Shown here: piece by piece, positions 37,368 through 49,300 of the stretch | Position numbering within the stretch: the stretch's first letter is position 1 | Layout of the letters: every line of letters starts with the position of its first letter | From: Macrostomum hystrix | Taxonomy: Eukaryota > Animalia > Platyhelminthes | Length of the DNA: 64,000 bases | NCBI GenBank assembly: GCA_950097015.1 | Contig: CATNEN010000008.1 | Coordinates: forward strand, 3,100,001-3,164,000 | Direction of reading: 5' to 3' | The notes under the pieces: generated by a model | What the model was told of the DNA's origin: nothing | The model's database searches: none | What the model saw: the letters and a program-made list of their open reading frames with translations, nothing else | Translations under genes and position numbers: made by a program

Positions 37368-40300
37368 AAGGTCAAAACATTGTCGAACTACTTTTCGGTG
37401 CGCGAATTCTGCAACCGACCAACTGGTACGGAGTTCGAGATCGCAGAGTCGCGGTTCCACGATGTCAACATCGGACTAGCCCTTGAAAAAGTTGGAATTA
37501 ATCCAGTGTATACAGTCTTCTTTGACTTGCTGCCCAGCCACGTCGTTGGTAAGTCAGGACATGGAGATTCAAGTCGGCTCAACTCAAGCGACTGTTGGAA
37601 TTTAATCTTTGGCGCGCACCTGGCAAAATTCTGTGACTCGAGTAGCCGCTGGAAGTTGCTTGTCACACAGGTGCTGGTCAAGAGCCCGCCGCTGTTACTG
37701 TACGTGGCCCAGCAGGTCATGCTTCTGCTGCTGGATGAGGCAAGCGGCTTCAGTTTCGAGGAAGAATTCCCATCCAGGCCGTTCTGGTACTTCATCTACG
37801 GTCTGGAGCTGCTGGAGACTGCGGAGTGAGTTCCTGCCAGCTGGGTATGCAGCTGAGCATCAACTGACAGTCCCCTGAGTGTCCACTGACAAGTCCACTG
37901 AGTGTCCACTGACAGCCAGTGTCAACTGGGACTGGGTCTGTGGCTGGGACAGTGTCACCCAATGGACTGGGTGTAGTGTCCACGGACACGAACAGCCAAG
38001 AATATTGGAAAATTTTGGCCCGCGATCGCCACTAAAAAGTGATAAAATGTTTTTCTCAACCCCGTTAATTTTCTCCCACCTAGCATTGCTGGTTCCGCTG
38101 ACGTCCCGGATGGCGCGGTCAGCTGCGTCGCCCTGCCGCGAGCGAAGCTGGCTCCGTCGTCCTCGCTGAAGCGACTGCACACTCTGCTGTACAAGCTGTA
38201 CATGTCTGGCCGCAAGTTGAAAGGCGACCATCGTGCCGTCAGCAATGCCAGGTGGGACGAGTTCAAACCCTGGTACAGGGAGCGCCTCCGCCAGCAGCAG
38301 CCGGATGACCGCCGCTCTTCCAGGGACAGCTTGGGCGCAAGTTTCCTGGCTGCTTTCCTAGAAATCGTCTTGGCCAACGAGCCGCACCGGCTGCGACTGG
38401 AGAAAGCGCTCAACCGGCAGGCCATCGCTGCGTTTGACGCCAGCCTGAACCGCTGCCTGCAGCAGACTGTGCGATGGAAGCAGCTGCTGTGCCACGATGG
38501 CTTTGCTCGGTTGGCTCAGCTGTCTTGGAAACAGCAACGGCAGCAGCAGCAGCGCTACTGTTTGCGTCTGCTGGCCCACGATTCACGGGCAATCTTCTGC
38601 GAGTTTACCTTAGACAAGGAAAAGGACTATGTGAGTGCTTGGACCTAACTCTCAGCTGACACTGTCAGACTATGGTCACACTGTCCAACTCTCACCTGAC
38701 ACTGTCAGACTATGGTCACACTGTCAAACTCTCAGCTGACAATGTCAGACTATGATCATTCTGTCCAACTCTCTCCTGAAAGACCTCAGTAATCTATGTA
38801 AGGTTCGCTTGTTGTTTAGCAAAATCTGCGCCGATTTCAGAATGTGATGGCCTTCAACTCCGAGTTGGAGCTGTTGGCGATGTCCTGGTTTCTGCAGCGA
38901 CACAGCCTGCTGGCCGTCAGCTTCAGCCAGTCTTTGCTTGACGGCGGACTTGACCAGCGACTGTACTTACCCAAGTGGCTGCAGAAGTACAAGCCTATTC
39001 CTGGCCTGTGAGAGTGGAGGCTGCGCTATCATTTATTTTGTTCTCTGAGCTGAGCAGTGGGTCAGAGTTAGTCTAGTTTTCCTACTCTCACCTGTAGGGA
39101 TCCGTTCCTTTCGGCCAACGCACCGGTCGGCCCAGAATTGTCGCACGAATCCAACCTGCAGCTAGTCAAGTTGGACTGTTCCAAACCAGTGCTCAAGCTC
39201 AAATCTTCGCGTACAGGCGACCTGTTCTACACCAGGCCCGAGACAGATCTGCCCCAGACAGATCGTCGAGACAGTCAGGAAGATCGGCTGTCGCAGGAGG
39301 CGTGCAGCGGTAGGTTGCTGCCTGGCCTGCTGCTGCTGGCGAGGGTGCTGCCGATAGAGGGTCCGTCTCACCGGGTCGACTCGCTGCCCATACTGCTGCC
39401 TAGCGACTTTCAAGAGCATTGTAAACAGAGTAAGGCTGTTGCTGCTTGGGGTTGAGCGTTAAAGACGTTTGCCTCAAAGTCCCTGAGCTTGTCGTGCAAT
39501 TTACGCCCCTTGGGGCCAACCTCCAAGGCACAGTGAGAGTGTACACTGCCTGAGAAAGTCAGGGCAGATGTACACACCTGTGTGAGAGTGTGTTGCGTAT
39601 CTGTGTGAGTGTGTTCAGGAGACAGCGGAATGGGCAGAATTGCCTCCAAATGATGTGGCATTGCCTGCAGCCCTCCTACAATTATTATTGACAGGCAGTG
39701 CCTGTGCGCAGGCAGGCAATGACAGTGCGCAGACAGTGGTGAAGATCACTTTAACCAGGAACCAGTTCAACCTGCCTCACCGATTGGTTCTCAAGCGAAT
39801 CAAATCTGTAAGTTCCTGATTGAAAGGTCTGCTAGTACACTTTCAGATCTGTTTAATTGGCATGCACTTCATGGAGGTTTATGGACTGTTGAGCTTAATT
39901 GAATGGTGAACCTAATTGGACAGGGGGCAGTTTAAAGGTATAAGTGAGAGTGCAATGGACAGGTGGAGTGCGATGGACAGGTGAGAGTGCAATGGACAGG
40001 TGGAGTGCGATGGACAGGTGAGAGTGCAATGGACAGGTGGGAGTGCAATATGGACAGGTGGGAGTGCAATGGACAGGTGGGAGTGCAATGGACAGGTGGG
40101 AGTGCAATGGACAGGTGGAGTGCAATGGACAGGTGAGAGTGCAATGGACAGGTGGGAGTGCAATGGACAGGTGGAGTGCAATGGACAGGTGGGAGTGCGA
40201 TGGACAGGTGGAGTGCAATGGACAGGTGGAGTGCGATGGACAGGTGGGAGTGCGATGGACAGGTGGGAGTGCAATGGACAGGTGGGAATGCAATGGACAG

Positions 40301-43300
40301 GTGGAGTGCAATGGACAGGTGGAGTGCGATGGACAGGTAGGAGTGCAATGGACAGGTGGGAGTGCAATGGACAGGTGGGAGTGCAATGGACAGGAGGAGT
40401 GCAATGGACAGGTGGGAGTGCAATATGGACAGGTGGAGTGCAATGGACAGGTGGGAGTGCAATGGACAGTTGGGAGTGCAATGGACAGGTAGGAGTGCAA
40501 TGGACAGGTGGGAGTGCAATGGACAGGTGGGAGTGCAATGGACAGGAGGAGTGCAATGGACAGGTGGGAGTGCAATATGGACAGGTGGAGTGCAATGGAC
40601 AGGTGGGAGTGCAATGGACAGTTGGGAGTGCGATGGACATGTTGAGTGCAATGGACAGGTGGAGTGCGATGGACAGGTGGGAGTGCAATATGGACAGGTG
40701 GAGTGCAATGGACAGGTGGGAGTGCAATGGACAGTTGGGAGTGCAATGGACAGGTAGGAGTGCAAAGGACAGGTGGGAGTGCAAAGGACAGGTGGGAGTG
40801 CAATGGACAGTGGGAGTGCGATGGACAGGTGGGAGTGCAATATGGACAGGTGGGAGTGCAATGGACAGGTGGGAGTGCAATGGACAGGTGGAGTGCAATG
40901 GACAGGTGGGAGTGCAATGGACAGGTGGGAGTGCAATATGGACAGGTGGGAGTGCAATGGACAGGTGGGAGTGCAATATGGACAGTGGGAGTGCGATGGA
41001 CAGGTGGGAGTGCAATATGGACAGGTGGGAGTGCAATGGACAGGTGGGAGTGCAATGGACAGGTGGAGTGCAATGGACAGGTGGGAGTGCAATGGACAGG
41101 TGGGAGTGCCATGGACAGGTGGGAGTGCAATATGGACAGGTGGGAGTGCAATGGACAGGTGGGAGTGCAATATGGACAGTGGGAGTGCGATGGACAGGTG
41201 GGAGTGCAATGGACAGGTGGGAGTGCAATATGGACAGGTGGGAGTGCAATGGACAGGTGAGAGTGCAATGGACAGGTGGGAGTGCAATGGACAGGTGAGA
41301 GTGCAATGGACAGGTGAGAGTGCAATGGACAGGTGGGAGTGCAATGGACAGGTGGAGTGCAATGGACAAGTGGGAGTGCAATATGGACAGGTGGGAGTGC
41401 AATGGACAGGTGGGAGTGCAATATGGACAGGTGGGAGTGCAATGGACAGGTGGAGTGCAATGGACAGGTGGAGTGCAATGGACAGGTGGAGTGCAATATG
41501 GACAGGTGGGAGTGCAATGGACAGGTGGAGTGCAATGGACAGGTGGGAGTGCAATGGACAGGTGGGAGTGCAATGGACAGGTGGAGTGCAATATGGACAG
41601 GTGGGAGTGCAATAGACAGGTGGGAGTGCAATATGGACAGGTGGAGTGCAATGGACAGGTGGGAGTGCAATGGACAGGTGGGAGTGCAATATGGACAGGT
41701 GGGAGTGCAATGGACAGGTGGGAGTGCAATGGACAGTTGGGAGTGCAATATGGACAGGTGGAGTGCAATGGACAGGTGGAGTGCAATATGGACAGGTGGG
41801 AGTGCAATATGGACAGGTGGGAGTGCAATGGACAGGTGGGAGTGCAATATGGACAGGTGGGAGTGCAATGGACAGGTGGAGTGCAATGGACAGGTGAGAG
41901 TGCAATGGACAGGTGGGAGTGCGATGGACAGGTGGAGTGCGATGGACAGGTGGAGTGCGATGGACAGGTGGGAGTGCAATATGGACAGGTGGAGTGCAAT
42001 GGACAGGTGGGAGTGCAATGGACAGGTGGGAGTGCAATGGACAGGTGGGAGTGCAATGGACAGGTGGGAGTGCAATATGGACAGGTTGAAACTGAATCAT
42101 CGGCCATCCGCAGTTCTCAAATATTTACAAGCTGAGTCGCCTGCAGTCGCTGGCAGCCCATTCCTGCCGGCTATCGTTCGCCAACATCAACCCGACGCTG
42201 GCGCTGACTCTGCAGCCGGACTTCGGCATCGTCTCGGAGCTCCGGCTGGGTTCGCTCGTTTCTCTGCTGAGGAGCAGTCTGAGAAAGGCCGACTTCACCG
42301 TCAGGCATTTCTTGACCGTGCACAACCAGTGCCTGAGTGCACTCATCTACCTGCTGCGCCAGCCCTGCGTGAGTCCTGACTCGAACCCAGTTCCAGTCTG
42401 ATGGATTCCTGATCGGAACCCAGTTCCTGTCTAATGGAATTCTGATTGAAACCCAGTTACATTCTGATGGATTCCTGATTGGAACTCAGTTCCAGTCTGA
42501 TGGATTCCTGATCGGAACCCAGTTCCAGTCTGATGGATTCCTGATCGGAACTCAGTTCCAGTCTGATGGATTCCTGATTGGAACTCAGTTCCAGTCTGAT
42601 GGATTCCTGATCGGAACTCAGTTCCAGTCTGATGGATTCCTGATTGGAACTCAGTTCCAGTCTGATGGATTCCTGATCGGAACCCAGTTCCATTCTGATG
42701 GATTCCTGATTGGAACTCAGTTCCAGTCTGATGGATTCCTGATTGGAACTCAGTTCTAGTCTGATGGATTCCTGATCGGAACCCAGTTCCAGTCTGATGG
42801 ATTCCTGATCGGAACTCAGTTCCAGTCTGATGGATTCCTGATTGGAACTCAGTTCCAGTCTGATGGATTCCTGATCGGAACCCAGTTCCATTCTGATGGA
42901 TTCCTGATTGGAACTCAGTTCCAGTCTGATGGATTCCTGATTGGAACTCAGTTCCAGTCTGATGGATTCCTGATCGGAACCCAGTTCCATTCTGATGGAT
43001 TCCTGATTGGAACTCAGTTCTAGTCTGATGGATTCCTGATCGGAACCCAATTCCAGTCTGATAGATTCCTGATTGGAACCCAGTTCTAGTCTGATGTAAT
43101 TATGATTGGAAATCCAGTCTGATGGATTCCTGATCAGAACCCAGTTCCTGTCCAGCGTTCATCAGAATATTTCCCTTGCATCACTAGGCGGACATCAGGC
43201 ACCACAACAATATCAAGCTGTCCAACATCCTGGTGGAGTTTTTCGATGACCGGGCCATTGTTATCCGGCTCAGTGACCTGTGCTCCAGTGTCAAACAGGA

Positions 43301-46300
43301 GAGTGTTACTGCCGACCTGCAGCGGCTTTACGTTTGCATGCATGACGAGCTGCTGCAAAAATTTCGACACCAGGGCCTGGAGGTCAGCAGCTGCGAGCAC
43401 TGCTCACAGCTTCTGCCAGTTCTGAAGCGATTGCGAATGGGCGATAGATGCGACATGCTGGCTGATAGTGCTGCGCTCCTCATTGAACTGCTCAACTACT
43501 CCAACTCTGTATCCGATTCCAGTGAGCTCGGGGTTCAGTAGTTAGCTCGGTCTCTGTGCCTGAGTTGGGTGGGTCATTAGGCTGAGTTCGGTGGGTCATT
43601 AGCCTGAGTTGGGTGTGTCATTAGCCTGAGTTGGGTGGGTCAATAGCCTGAGTTGGGTGGGTCATTAGCCTGAGTTGGGTGTGTCATTAGTGTGGTGGGC
43701 CATTAGTGTGGTGGGTCATTAGTGTGGTGGGTCATTAGTGTGGTGGGTCATTAGTGTGGTGGGTCATTAGTGTGGTGGGTCATTAGTGTGGTGGGTCATT
43801 AGTGTGGTGGGTCATTAGTGTGCTGGGTCATTAGTGTGGTGGTTCATTAGTGTGGTGGGTCATTAGTGTGGTAGGTCATTAGTGTGGTGGGTCATTAGTG
43901 TGGTAGGTCATTAGTGTGGTGGGTCATTAGTGTGGTGGGTCATTAGTGTGGTGGGTCATTAGTGTGGTAGGTCATTAGTGTGGTGGGTCATTAGTGTGGT
44001 GGGTCATTAGTGTGGTGGGTCATTAGTGTGGTAGGTCATTAGGGTGGCATTCATCTTGAGCAAAGCTCGTGAACAATTTGTAGTACTCGATGCCTCTGGC
44101 AGTCACGCAGTGGTGCCTGTTGGCCAGCGGCTGCTGGCGGCAGCGGCTGACATCGAGGCCGGCCAGTGTATTGGCATATCGGATATTCCTCAGGGCCTGC
44201 TGCTGAACCCCACCGACCTGCAGCTGACCAGTGAGAGCCTGGGCAGCGGGCACTACGGCGCAGTGGAGAAGGGCATGCTGCTGTACAATGGCAAACGCAT
44301 TCCAGTGGCAGTCAAGACCCTCAGCAGCAAGACTTCCTACAAGCGCTTTGTCGACGAAATTAAAATCCAAGGGAATCTCCCTGAGCACGATAACATTCTC
44401 AAGCTGCTGAAAGTTGAAGAGGGTAAGTAGCTAGTGTCTCAGTGTGTCTTTGTGAGCTGGTGTGTGTCAGTGAGCAGGTGTGTCAGTGAGCAGGTGTGTC
44501 AGTGAGCAGGTGTGTCAGTAAGCTGGTGTGTGTCAGTGAGCAGGTGTGTCAGTAAGCTGGTGTGTGTCAGTGAGCAGGTGTGTCAGTAAGCTGGTGTGTG
44601 TCAGTGAGCAGGTGTGTGTCAGTGAGCAGGTGTGTCAGTAAGCTGGTGTGTGTCAGTGAGCAGGTGTGTCAGTAAGCTGGTGTGTGTCAGTGAGCAGGTG
44701 TGTGTCAGTGAGCAGGTGTGTCAGTAAGCTGGTGTGTGTCAGTGAGCAGGTGTGTGTCAGTGAGCAGGTGTGTCAGTAAGCTGGTGTGTGTCAGTGAGCA
44801 GGTGTGTGTCAGTGAGCAGGTGTGTGTCAGTGAGCTGGTGTGTGTCAGTGAGCAGGTGTGTCAGTAAGCTGGTGTGTGTCAGTGAGCAGGTGTGTGTCAG
44901 TGAGCAGGTGTGTCAGTAAGCTGGTGTGTGTCAGTGAGCAGGTGTGTGTCAGTGAGCAGGTGTGTCAGTAAGCTGGTGTGTGTCAGTGAGCAGGTGTGTC
45001 AGTAAGCTGGTGTGTGTCAGTGAGCTGGTGTGTGTCAGTGAGCTGGTGTGTGTCAGTGAGCTGGTGTGTGTCAGTGAGCAGGTGTGTGTCAGTGAGCAGG
45101 TGTGTCAGTGAGCAGGTGTGTGTCAGTGAGCAGGTGTGTCAGTAAGCTGGTGTGTGTCAGTGAGCAGGTGTGTCAGTGAGCAGGTGTGTCAGTGAGCAGG
45201 TGTGTGTCAGTGAGCAGGTGTGTGTCAGTGAGCAGGTGTGTGTCAGTGAGCAGGTGTGTCAGTAAGCTGGTGTGTGTCAGTGAGCAGGTGTGTGTCAGTG
45301 AGCAGGTGTGTCAGTAAGCTGGTGTGTGTCAGTGAGCAGGTGTGTCAGTGAGCAGGTGTGTCAGTGAGCAGGTGTGTCAGTAAGCTGGTGTGTGTCAGTG
45401 AGCAGGTGTGTCAGTAAGCTGGTGTGTGTCAGTGAGCAGGTGTGTCAGTAAGCTGGTGTGTGTCAGTGAGCAGGTGTGTGTCAGTGAGCAGGTGTGTGTC
45501 AGTGAGCAGGTGTGTCGGTGAGCAGGTGTGTCAGTGAGCAGGTGTGTCAGTGAGCAGGTGTGTGTCAGTGAGCAGGTGTGTCGGTGAGCAGGTGTGTCAG
45601 TGAGCAGGTGTGTCAGTAAGCTGGTGTGTGTCAGTGAGCTGGTGTGTGTCAGTGAGCTGGTGTGTGTCAGTGAGCTGGTGTGTGTCAGTGAGCAGGTGTG
45701 TCAGTGAGCAGGTGTGTGTCAGTGAGCAGGTGTGTCAGTAAGCTGGTGTGTGTCAGTGAGCAGGTGTGTCAGTGAGCAGGTGTGTCAGTGAGCAGGTGTG
45801 TGTCAGTGAGCAGGTGTGTGTCAGTGAGCAGGTGTGTGTCAGTGAGCAGGTGTGTCAGTAAGCTGGTGTGTGTCAGTGAGCAGGTGTGTGTCAGTGAGCA
45901 GGTGTGTCAGTAAGCTGGTGTGTGTCAGTGAGCAGGTGTGTCAGTGAGCAGGTGTGTCAGTGAGCAGGTGTGTCAGTAAGCTGGTGTGTGTCAGTGAGCA
46001 GGTGTGTCAGTAAGCTGGTGTGTGTCAGTGAGCAGGTGTGTCAGTAAGCTGGTGTGTGTCAGTGAGCAGGTGTGTCAGTGAGCAGGTGTGTCAGTGAGCA
46101 GGTGTGTCAGTGAGCAGGTGTGTCAGTAAGCTGGTGTGTGTCAGTGAGCAGGTGTGTCAGTAAGCTGGTGTGTGTCAGTGAGCAGGTGTGTCAGTAAGCT
46201 GGTGTGTGTCAGTGAGCAGGTGTGTGTCAGTGAGCAGGTGTGTGTCAGTGAGCAGGTGTGTGTCAGTGAGCAGGTGTGTCGGTGAGCAGGTGTGTCAGTG

Positions 46301-49300
46301 AGCAGGTGTGTCAGTGAGCAGGTGTGTGTCAGTGAGCAGGTGTGTCGGTGAGCAGGTGTGTCAGTGAGCAGGTGTGTCAGTGAGCAGGTGTGTCAGTAAG
46401 CTGGTGTGTGTCAGTGAGCTGGTGTGTGTCAGTGAGCTGGTGTGTGTCAGTGAGCTGGTGTGTGTCAGTGAGCAGGTGTGTGTCAGTGAGCAGGTGTGTC
46501 AGTGAGCAGGTGTGTGTCAGTGAGCAGGTGTGTCAGTAAGCTGGTGTGTGTCAGTGAGCAGGTGTGTCAGTGAGCAGGTGTGTCAGTGAGCAGGTGTGTG
46601 TCAGTGAGCTGGTGTGTGTCAGTGAGCAGGTGTGTCAGTAAGCTGGTGTGTGTCAGTGAGCAGGTGTGTCAGTAAGCTGGTGTGTGTCAGTGAGCAGGTG
46701 TGTCAGTAAGCTGGTGTGTGTCAGTGAGCAGGTGTGTGTCAGTGAGCAGGTGTGTGTCAGTGAGCAGGTGTGTCGGTGAGCAGGTGTGTCAGTGAGCAGG
46801 TGTGTCAGTTGTAAGGAGTGCTGAGCCGAGAGATGATTTGTGTAGACGAAAAAGCCTAAAGCGAAGTAGGCTCTGAGCAATCGATTATATTTGATATTTG
46901 GTGATGAACATGCAACGTGCGGCCGATGGGTGCAGATGTACATTAATCGCTCGCAACTCCACGCACACTACGATATAACTCAGGGCCTACAGCTAACACG
47001 GCTAAATGAACGCGCGCCCACTTGGCGCCTACACTTCTCCCCAACTAGAGAGATTGCCGGGGGATAAAAGAGAAAAAAGCAAAGCTTTAGAGCAAGGGAT
47101 TGTTGCAACAATCTAGCGGAAAAAGTCCATAGAACGCAAGACAGTCCATAGCAACTCATTTGAGAAAATACGGCCGCACGCAAAATGAGTTATTGTTTGT
47201 AGCTAAGCACTTTGCTACGCGCAGCCCTGGGATGCTGTCGTGTGGCGACACAATCGCTAGGGTTAGCGGTTGGCTGGCCGGCAGACTGGCCGGCGGACTG
47301 GCCGGCGGACTGACCAGCAGAGTGGCCGGCAGACTGGCCGGCGGACTGGCCGGCGGACTGACCAGCAGAGTGGCCGGCAGACTGGCCGGCAGACTGGCCG
47401 GCGGACTGACCAGCAGACTGGCCGGCAGACTGGCCGGCGGACTGGCCGGTGGACTGACCAGCAGAGTGGCCGGCAGACTGGCCGGCGGACTGGCCGGCGG
47501 ACTGGCCGGCGGACTGGCCGGTGGACTGACCAGCAGAGTGGCCGGCAGACTGGCCGGCGGACTGGCCGGCGGACTCTATCAGGGGCCGCAGTTGAGTGAC
47601 GTGTCGCATGCACGATTGTTCGCCGCGTTGAAGGACGCACGTGTCTCCCTGGACCAGCTTGACAGTCCACGGAGAAGGCTCAAAAGGCAGTTGAAGCTTG
47701 TTGCGCGGTTGCTGCTTTCGTAGAACTTTGCTGCCGTCAATGATGCCGTGCTCCTGGGCAGCCTTGCGGTCATCGAATCTTGATTTCATATCTTGCACGT
47801 AATTCCGGTGCCAGTCTTGAACTTCTTCATGATTCACCTCGACCGGCTGAGACGGCTTAGTGGTCGGGATGCCATCGTTCATCTTCCTGCCCATGAGGAG
47901 TTCAGCGGGTGCGCGGCCGGTTGCTCGGTGCGGTGTTGTGCGGAAAGCCAGCAGCCAGTCCTCGATGGCCTCCTTCCAGTTACGCCCTTCGGCCACAGCC
48001 GTCTGGATGACTTTTCCAATGCTCCGGTTGACTCGCTCTGTCGCTCCATTGGATTCAGGGTGGAGCGGGCAGATAAGGCGATGTCGAATGCCATAGGTGG
48101 TGAGGAAGCTGCGGAAAGCGGCTGAATTGAATGGCGGGCCGTTGTCAGTGACCACCTCGATAGGGACGCCGAATCTACCGAACAGTCGGCGAAGGTGCGG
48201 GCTCACGCTCTCCGCTGTCGATGAGTTCAGGAAGCTGACTTCTGGATATTTTGAGTAGAGGTCTGTGATGACTAGCAGCATCTGGCCCTGTACTGGTCCG
48301 TAGAAGTCCATGCCTAGAGTGAGCCAGGCACCGTCTGGGATCTGCGTTGGTTTAAGAGGCGTTTGACGCGCTCCAGTGGAGGCGGCCTGGCAGAGCGTGC
48401 AGCACTGAACAAAGCTCTCGCAGTCGCTGCGCATGCGAGGCCACCAGACTTTCGTTTGCAGCCGCTTCAGGGTTCGGTCAGCGCCTAGATGGCCGGTGTG
48501 CGCTAGTTGGAGGACAGGCCTGCGCAGTGTCTCCGGGATGACGATGAGGTCGCCCCTTAGCAGGACGCCGTCACTCTCTGAGAGCTCGTTGCTGACGGTC
48601 TTGTAGGAGCGCTGGGCCGGGTCGCGGATATTCCAGTTACCGGTTCGGATGGCGCTTAGCGCCGCCTGGATGCCGCTGTCGGTGCGCGACGCTTCCCGCA
48701 CTTGCGCGAGGCTGAAGCCCTTTGGCACAGCTCCGGCCGACACGGCGTTGACGAAGGCGGTGTCAAGTTCTTCAGCAACGTTCCTCCTTGATTCTGGCAG
48801 TGGCTGCCGGCTTAGCAGGTCGGCTGGATTGGTCGGCCCGGGTCGGTAAATCAGATCGAAGCGGAGGTGCTGGATGCGCAATGCCATCCGTTCGATTCGT
48901 GGCGGTGGACGAGAGCCAGGCTTGAACAGCGGCACGAGTGGTCGGTGGTCTGTTACTACAGTGAAGCCTGGGTCTCCGGCTAGGTAGTGTTCAAACTTCA
49001 AGCACCCGAATTTGATGGCCAGAGCTTCTCGCTCTATCTGCGCGTACCGCTGTTCCACTGCTGAAAGGGCTCTGCTGGCGTAAGCCACGGGTCTGCTGCT
49101 GCCGTCCGGCTGCCTCTGCGTGAGGATGGCGCCCAGTCCGACCGGGGAGGCGTCCACTAGGAGCTCGGTTTGCCGCCTGCGGTCGAAGAAGGCGAGCGTT
49201 TCCGCGGCGCCTATTGCTTTTTTAATGCTTTCGAATGCCGCAGTGTGCTTATCCGTCCACTCCCAGACCTGGCCCTTCTTTGTCAATTGACGTAGGGGCC

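Noticed and set aside
39895-42379. Several 270-730-aa ORFs rich in CTPTCPLHSH or QWTGG
   Set aside because: They are translations of a stop-free intronic minisatellite, open in most frames on both strands, and lie inside a JAK intron with valid splice sites on each side.
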